In this document: piece after piece, positions 58,214 through 64,000 of the stretch
Layout: every line of letters starts with the position of its first letter
How positions within the stretch are numbered: the stretch's first letter is position 1
Origin: Bacteriovoracia bacterium
GTDB taxonomy: Bacteria; Bdellovibrionota; UBA1018; CAIPTA01
DNA: 64,000 bases
Assembly (NCBI GenBank): GCA_050246755.1
Contig: JBFWVL010000001.1
Location: 1,120,001 to 1,184,000, forward strand
Direction of reading: 5' to 3'
Notes under the pieces: generated by a model
Databases searched by the model: none
The model's input: the letters and a program-made list of their open reading frames with translations, nothing else
What the model was told of the DNA's origin: nothing
Position numbers and translations under genes: made by a program

Positions 58214-58620
58214 GTGGTGGCGGAACTGTAAGCCGGGTTCTGTTCCCTTCTTGCGAAGAGCGACAACCATTCATCTAGGCCCACCGTTACCAGTGGGCTC
58301 GAGCGATCCTACCCGCGTGCACGGGCGAGTAGCCCTTAACGCACGCCTATTTGGTCTTGCTCCAGGCAGGGTTTACCGTGCCACGAATGTTACCACTCGC
58401 GCGGTGGGCTCTTACCCCACCCTTTCATCCTTACCGTCCTCCCGCGAGGGAGTCTTAGGCGGTTTGCTTTCTGTTGCACTGTCCGTAGAAGAAAACGAAA
58501 TCACGTGGTTCCCGTTTTCCCCTCCCGGCCGTTAGCCGGTGCCTTACTCTGCGGAGCCCGGACTTTCCTCCCCCTCACTCGGTTGCCCGGTGAGGCAGCG
58601 ATTGTCCGTTCCGCCACCAC
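58214..58620 (-). ncRNA. rnpB: RNase P RNA (bacterial type A)
   Basis: Minus strand GAGGAAAGTCCGGGCTCC, GTGCAACAGAAAG, GGTGGGGTAAGAGCCCACC, GGTAAACCC..GGAGCAAGAC, AACAGAACCCGGCTTA; terminal P1 helix GTGGTGGCGGAAC/GTTCCGCCACCAC. Confidence 0.97.
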
Positions 58621-58676
58621 GGAAGGTTCTAAGCGATAAGGACGCGGGGAATCAATGAAAATCGCCCTTGGGAAGC

Positions 58677-59105
58677 CTACATGCGGCTGATCAAGTAGAG
58701 CGTAGAGGTATTCTTTTCCGTAACCGCCATATCGTATTTACCGTCGGCACGGGTGCGGATTTCAAATTGTTTGTCCTCGGAACGCAGAGACATGTAGTTC
58801 GGCACGATCAGGGCGTTTTGCTCAAGAGCGAAGAAATTCGTGTCGCGGCCGGTGAAGCGGATGAGCAGGGTCGGCTCGAGACGAAGGTCTTCGAGGTTAG
58901 CCGGAAACGAGCCGCTGGCGTAGCGCGACCACATTACCTCGAGCGTATCTACGTCGATGCTCACGAATTGGCGCTCGGCGAGGGCCAAGCCACCTTCGGA
59001 GATAATTTGATAGCTGCCTTTGAAGTGGGACGACTTGAAGGCGTGCGCGTCGGTAACGGAGAAAAATAAGAATGAGCAGGCGATCGCGAGTAAAAACCTC
59101 TTCAT
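58677..59105 (-). CDS. Hypothetical secreted protein
   Basis: Signal peptide ending AHA; beta-rich mature part; ATGA-coupled to the upstream gene. Confidence 0.65.
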   Translation of the reverse strand: MKRFLLAIACSFLFFSVTDAHAFKSSHFKGSYQIISEGGLALAERQFVSIDVDTLEVMWSRYASGSFPANLEDLRLEPTLLIRFTGRDTNFFALEQNALIVPNYMSLRSEDKQFEIRTRADGKYDMAVTEKNTSTLYLISRM

Positions 59106-59545
59106 GAAATTCCTCTTTTTTTAGGTTCGGGGCGGCGGAATGCCTTCTTGGCTTCTTCCGCGAGAAAAGCGGCGTTTTCGGGGGCTAGTTTTCCGCCTCG
59201 TTTGAGGCGAATCGAGCTCCAGATTTGCGCTACTTCCTCTCTTTCCGATTGTAAGTCCGGACCTCCCCTTCGGCCAGAACTCTTCCGAACTTCCGTCATA
59301 CCTTCCAGCGGGAAATTGGCGAGCACATCCACTTTTTCCTGTAAAAGCCGGCGTGCACGGCGGAGCCCGAAAAGCAGGGCGCTGAATTCGGCTTCTTCGC
59401 CCGACACGATACCGAGAAATTTTCTCGCCACGATTAGACGTTTGCCGTCGATCTGCAAAGCGCACACCCAGGCGCGCTTAGCGGGATTCCCGTTCGCCTC
59501 TACCCAGAGATTCACCGTGCAATCAGCCTTAAATTCCGAGATCAT
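59102..59545 (-). CDS. Degenerate RNase HI-like protein
   Basis: WVEANGNPA..KFLG..EEAEFSALLFGL resembles DGAS.GNPG..NN.AEY.AL..GL of RNase HI. Confidence 0.55.
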   Translation of the reverse strand: MISEFKADCTVNLWVEANGNPAKRAWVCALQIDGKRLIVARKFLGIVSGEEAEFSALLFGLRRARRLLQEKVDVLANFPLEGMTEVRKSSGRRGGPDLQSEREEVAQIWSSIRLKRGGKLAPENAAFLAEEAKKAFRRPEPKKRGIS

Positions 59546-59565
59546 TATCTATACTTAGACCATTT

Positions 59566-60375
59566 ATGGACGGATCGAAAACAAAGAAAAAAATCGCGAT
59601 TATCACGGGGGCCTCCTCGGGCCTCGGTGCGGAATTTGCGCTCCAAATTGAAGCATCTTTTTACCTGGACGAGGTTTGGCTTATTGCACGCCGCCAAGAG
59701 CCCATGCGTGACCTTGCTCGGCGATTCCAGAAATCGAAAGCGGTACTGATTTCCTACGATTTGTCCAATCGCAACGATCTCGTGAATTTCGAAAAGAAGC
59801 TCGAAGCGGAACAGCCGCAAATCGAGATTTTGGTAAATAACGCGGGATACGGCAAAATCGGTCCTGTGGCCGAGCTCGGAATGAACGAGCAGATGCAGAT
59901 GATCGACGTCAATGTGTACGCGCTTACTTACCTCACCAAAGCATCAATTCCCTTTATGGTGGCGGGCTCGAAAATCCTTCAGGTGGCTTCGAGCATCGGA
60001 TATTGCCCTGCGCCTTTCTTTGCGGTGTATGCTGCCACAAAAGCCTACGTGGTGAGCTTTAGTGAGGCGCTGGGGCATGAGCTTAAACCGAAGGGAATTC
60101 AAGTTTTGGCGGTTTGCCCAGGCCCGGTGGCCACGGAATTTTTCGATGAAGCGGTGAAGAACGATTACTTAAAGAAAAAAAATACTCCGGCCAAGCCATT
60201 CAATGAGATGGTTCGCGCAAGCGCCCACCAAGTGGTAGAAAAAGCATTGGCCGATTTGGGAAAAAGACGGCATCGCTCAATCTTCGGCTGGCAAATCCAG
60301 CTCTTCGTTTTCTTCCTTCCGTTCGTGCCCCAGGCACTGCTTTTCCGCGCCCTAGAAAAGCGCAATCAAACTTAG
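59566..60375 (+). CDS. Short-chain dehydrogenase/reductase
   Basis: TGASSGLG, NNAGYG, YAATK, CPGPVATEF. Confidence 0.92.
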   Translation: MDGSKTKKKIAIITGASSGLGAEFALQIEASFYLDEVWLIARRQEPMRDLARRFQKSKAVLISYDLSNRNDLVNFEKKLEAEQPQIEILVNNAGYGKIGPVAELGMNEQMQMIDVNVYALTYLTKASIPFMVAGSKILQVASSIGYCPAPFFAVYAATKAYVVSFSEALGHELKPKGIQVLAVCPGPVATEFFDEAVKNDYLKKKNTPAKPFNEMVRASAHQVVEKALADLGKRRHRSIFGWQIQLFVFFLPFVPQALLFRALEKRNQT

Positions 60376-60400
60376 CTGAATTAGAAAAATACTTAATTAA

Positions 60401-60413
60401 TATCAATTAGTTG
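60401..60413 (+). promoter_or_regulatory. IHF-binding consensus upstream of arginase
   Basis: TATCAATTAGTTG matches WATCAANNNNTTR, preceded by an AT-rich tract. Confidence 0.45.
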
Positions 60414-60484
60414 CGGCGAAAAATCCGGCGAGTAAACTTGGTTTTCTCTAGCGAATGCACTATAGTGCCGTCATTGGAGAATTT

Positions 60485-61414
60485 ATGCTTGATTGCAAAA
60501 AAGTACGCATCATTGGTGTGCCGTCGGATCTCGGCGCCAGCCGCCGTGGCGTAGATATGGGCCCCTCGGCCCTGCGGGTGGCCAATATGGGTCCTCGACT
60601 AGCGCAACTAGGCTACGAAATTGAGGACGTGGGAAATATTCCGGTGGCGGTTCGTGAATCGATCGCGGTAGTACGCCAGAATCCCGAAAGCAAAATTTCT
60701 TACCTAAAAGAAATAGTGGACGCTTCGCGGGTGCTCAAGGAAAAAACCTACCAGGCGCTAAAGGAGGGCAAGATCCCGCTGGTCCTAGGCGGAGACCACT
60801 CTTTGGCCATCGGCTCGATTGCAGGAATTGCGAAATTTTATTCTGAAAAGAAAAAGAAAATCGGAATCATTTGGCTCGATGCCCACGGGGATATCAATAC
60901 CCCCGAAACTTCCCTTAGCGGAAATATCCACGGGATGCCCCTGGCGCACGCACTCGGCGCCGGAAATAAAGAGCTACTTTCCGTATTTGAAAATAATCCC
61001 ATGGTAGACGCGTCTAGAACCGTATTGATCGGTTTGCGTGACCTCGACCCCGCGGAGCGAAATGCCATTCGTGAGATGGGCGTGCGTGCCTTCACGATGC
61101 GCGACGTAGACGAAATGGGCATGAGAAATGTAGTACAAGAGGCTATCCGCGTGGCCACCAACGGCACGGCCGGCTTCCATCTTTCTTTCGATGTGGACTG
61201 CATGGATCCTTCGGTAGCTCCGGGTGTGGGGACCGCGGTTCGCGGTGGCATTACTTATCGAGAGGGCCACCTCGCGATGGAAATCCTGCACGATTCCGGA
61301 AAAATGCTTTCGATGGATGTAACCGAAGTAAATCCTGTGCTGGATACATCCAACCAAACCGCGGACCTCGCGGTGGAAATGGCACTCTCCGCCTTCGGTA
61401 AACGCATCCTCTAG
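60485..61414 (+). CDS. rocF: Arginase
   Basis: GVDMGP, GGDHS, DAHGDINT..SGNIHGM, SFDVD, EVNP. Confidence 0.95.
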   Translation: MLDCKKVRIIGVPSDLGASRRGVDMGPSALRVANMGPRLAQLGYEIEDVGNIPVAVRESIAVVRQNPESKISYLKEIVDASRVLKEKTYQALKEGKIPLVLGGDHSLAIGSIAGIAKFYSEKKKKIGIIWLDAHGDINTPETSLSGNIHGMPLAHALGAGNKELLSVFENNPMVDASRTVLIGLRDLDPAERNAIREMGVRAFTMRDVDEMGMRNVVQEAIRVATNGTAGFHLSFDVDCMDPSVAPGVGTAVRGGITYREGHLAMEILHDSGKMLSMDVTEVNPVLDTSNQTADLAVEMALSAFGKRIL

Positions 61415-61497
61415 CGGCGCGTTATTGTTTATTCTTTTCGCCCCAAACTACTTTCCTGTTAGTTTTTTTCTAACGGAAAACTCGAGGGGCAAGGCGA

Positions 61498-62535
61498 ATG
61501 AATCGTCGCCAATTTATTACTCAGTCGTTCACGCTGTTTTTGGCCGGCCTATTCGCGCCCGCCAAACTACTTTCCGCCAGTTCGGCATCTAACTCCTCCA
61601 CCTTTTGCTTGGCTTTTGGATCTTGCGCTGATCAGAACATCGGTCAGCCGATCTGGGGGGCAATCGCCCGCAGCTCTCCGGACTTATTTGCCTTCCTGGG
61701 AGATAATATTTACGCCGACACTGAAGACATGAACGTGATGCAGGAAAAGTACGAGCAGTTAGCGCGAATTCCGGATTTTGCTTCGTTTCGAAAAAAAATT
61801 CCAATCGTCGCCACCTGGGATGATCACGACTTCGGGCTCAACGATGTTGGCGCGGACTATTCCCAGAAAAATACGAGCAAAAAACTTTTTTTAGATTTTT
61901 TTAGGGAACCAAAAAATTCCGTGCGCCGATTGCAAAAAGGAATTTATACCTCTTATTTCTTCGGCGCTGAAAAACAGCGCACACAATTAATTCTTTTGGA
62001 TCTTCGCTGGTTCCGCAGCGCACTGGTGCAAGGCCCGAACGGAGAATACCTGCCCAACCCCGATCGCAATGCCACCCTCCTGGGCGAAGAGCAATGGAAG
62101 TGGCTCGAAGAACAACTCAAAAAACCTGCCGATTTCCGCATCCTAGGCAGCAGCGTACAGTTTGCCTCTTCCGATCATCGTTGGGAAAAATGGGCTAATT
62201 TTCCACGAGAAAAATCGCGCTTATTGAAAATGCTCGATCGGTTGGCCGTGCGCAATTTACTGGTTATTTCCGGTGACATGCACTTTGGGGAAATCTCTCG
62301 AGACTCCACTCCGGCGGGTTACCCGCTCTACGACTTCACCTCAAGCGGCCTGAACTATGCCGAACCCTCCACGGATCCCAATGGAAAGCGCCTAGCCCTA
62401 TTCGATACCGGCCCCAATTTTGGGCTCGTAACCGTAGATTGGACGGCTACGCCCCCTTCTGTTTCAATGGAATTACGTGACGAATTGGGTGCCACCAAAA
62501 TCCGGAAGAAGTTTCTGCTTCCCTCACGCCAGTAG
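61498..62535 (+). CDS. phoD: Alkaline phosphatase D family, Tat-exported
   Basis: NRRQFI twin-arginine signal, FGSC, GDNIYAD, WDDHD, LDLRW, SGDMH, TSSG. Confidence 0.9.
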   Translation: MNRRQFITQSFTLFLAGLFAPAKLLSASSASNSSTFCLAFGSCADQNIGQPIWGAIARSSPDLFAFLGDNIYADTEDMNVMQEKYEQLARIPDFASFRKKIPIVATWDDHDFGLNDVGADYSQKNTSKKLFLDFFREPKNSVRRLQKGIYTSYFFGAEKQRTQLILLDLRWFRSALVQGPNGEYLPNPDRNATLLGEEQWKWLEEQLKKPADFRILGSSVQFASSDHRWEKWANFPREKSRLLKMLDRLAVRNLLVISGDMHFGEISRDSTPAGYPLYDFTSSGLNYAEPSTDPNGKRLALFDTGPNFGLVTVDWTATPPSVSMELRDELGATKIRKKFLLPSRQ

Positions 62536-62544
62536 GTAAAAATT

Positions 62545-64000
62545 ATGCTGAATGCAGGAATCCTCCTCGATAGCTGGCTTCGCCGCGTAGGCGCGCTGAT
62601 AATTGTCGGCCTCGGCCTAACGATAATAATACTAAGCTTTTCCGCCCGTGAATTACGCCAGGAAGACTACCAGCGCGCGGGCAATCGGCGGCCATTCGTT
62701 ACGAAGATGCTTTATTCAGCCGCCAATTTAGAGAACTGGTTCTACGATCTGCGTACCGCTCGTTTCTACCGGCACCAGAAAATTTCGCCAAACTTGGTAA
62801 TCCTTGAATTGAAAGATAGCACCTTGGCTAAAATTGGGCGCTGGCCTTGGACTCGTACCGTGCATGCGAAAATAATTAGCAACCTCCAAAAATACGGCGC
62901 GAAGGTAGTGATGTTCGACACTCTCTTTCCCGAGCCGGAAAGCCGTCAGGCCGATCAAGCCATGTTCGATTCCATTCAGCGCTTTAGCGCGGATGGGCAG
63001 AAATCCGTGATACTGGCTTATGGCCTCGCCGACGATGAGCAACAAGCTTTAGTCCCATTTCCCGACTCCCTCCTGCTGAGCTCGGTGGTCAGCGGGACTA
63101 CCGGCATGGAACCTATGCGGGGAGCGAAGCCAATCGATAGAAATAACTTTACCGCGCCCAAATTTGCCGAGTCCGATGCAACTTTTGGATTTATTTCCAT
63201 GGATCCCGACTTTGACGGAATTTTTCGTCATGCTCAGATTATCAATGAAGTAGAAAAAAATTATCTCGCTACCCTAGGATTCATCGGATTTTCGAAATAT
63301 TTTTCCGACGGAAAAGGCAGGAAAATTACGGCGGAGCCGGCGGTAAAGGGAAATGACTATGTGATAACGATTCACGAGGGAACCCGGCAAAGATCAATTC
63401 GCTTGAACCCACATGGCGAAATAAAATTACGATTCTTCGGCGGCGTGAAAAATTTCGCCCACGTTGCCGCCGAAGATGTGATTTTAGATGCTAATCCCGG
63501 CGCCAATCAAAAAATGAAGGGAATTTTCTCGGGAAAAGCCGTTCTCTTCGGTTCATCGGCTTTCGGGGCGCACGATTTACGCCACACTCCGGTAGATAGC
63601 CAAAGCCCAGGAATGTATGTGCACGCCAATCTGTTCCATGCACTGGACCAAAATTTATTCTATCAAGAAGAAGACCTGAGCCTAGCATATTCGCTCGCCC
63701 TTTATCTTTTCGGCGTATTCCTGGTTCTGCTCCTGTTTCGCCTCCAAGAGCCTCTAGTGGAGACACTGGGGACCTCTTTTGTGGCCGCGGGCCTATACGC
63801 GACCGATTACTATTATCTTGCTCCCCATGGATACTTTATCCGTCTCTTCGCTTGCCTCTCGGGCGCTTTAGGGCTCTACGCATGGTTCACCATCCTCAAT
63901 GTGTTTAAGGAGGCGCGTGAGAAAAAGAAAATACGCGCAACCTTTACCCGCTATGTTTCCCCTAAAATTGTAAAAGAGATGCTCGCCAATCCCGAAAAGC
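62545..64000 (+). CDS. CHASE2-domain adenylate/guanylate cyclase, partial (runs off the window edge)
   Basis: Not in the ORF track. From ATG 62545: LENWFYDLR, GRWPWTR, FDTLFPEP, DFDGIFR, HDLRHTP..PGMYVHAN, TM helices, EKKKIRATFTRYVSPKIV (typical pre-cyclase linker). Confidence 0.85.
   Translation, partial: MLNAGILLDSWLRRVGALIIVGLGLTIIILSFSARELRQEDYQRAGNRRPFVTKMLYSAANLENWFYDLRTARFYRHQKISPNLVILELKDSTLAKIGRWPWTRTVHAKIISNLQKYGAKVVMFDTLFPEPESRQADQAMFDSIQRFSADGQKSVILAYGLADDEQQALVPFPDSLLLSSVVSGTTGMEPMRGAKPIDRNNFTAPKFAESDATFGFISMDPDFDGIFRHAQIINEVEKNYLATLGFIGFSKYFSDGKGRKITAEPAVKGNDYVITIHEGTRQRSIRLNPHGEIKLRFFGGVKNFAHVAAEDVILDANPGANQKMKGIFSGKAVLFGSSAFGAHDLRHTPVDSQSPGMYVHANLFHALDQNLFYQEEDLSLAYSLALYLFGVFLVLLLFRLQEPLVETLGTSFVAAGLYATDYYYLAPHGYFIRLFACLSGALGLYAWFTILNVFKEAREKKKIRATFTRYVSPKIVKEMLANPEK

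Noticed and set aside
58134-58535. 133-aa ORF on the + strand
   Set aside because: Lies antisense to the RNase P RNA gene.
62728-63766. Short minus-strand ORFs at the right end
   Set aside because: Antisense to the open + strand CHASE2 cyclase frame starting at 62545.

Overview
Chromosomal segment of a Gram-negative bacterium. Gene content and order (pilMNOPQ-TPR-efp-accBC, Tgl-like pilotin-rodZ, TamB-Omp85, many secreted hypotheticals) suggest Bdellovibrionota or a related deltaproteobacterial lineage; this is inference. The window holds a surface-glycan locus (pseG/C/B, gmd/fcl, glycosyltransferases), housekeeping genes (pepA, asnS, trmL, rplM-rpsI, accBC, efp, serB, nadA, lspA, arginase, phoD), type IVa pilus genes, a VapBC pair, the RNase P RNA gene and a partial CHASE2 cyclase. 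I saw no tRNA, rRNA, CRISPR array or transposase. Most notable: (1) an unannotated 40-aa secreted peptide (C-terminus AKACNSGCE) behind a consensus sigma54 promoter, tail-to-tail with a low-GC membrane class III cyclase that has non-canonical specificity residues, a candidate peptide-signalling system; (2) a low-GC cassette of histidine kinase, nitroreductase and orphan solute-binding protein; (3) a DnaA-box/IHF cluster that does not look like oriC; (4) a poly(A) polymerase with a ~350-aa RGG-rich disordered tail and a structured leader; (5) several apparently leaderless genes. All calls come from reading motifs by eye; no database searches were run.
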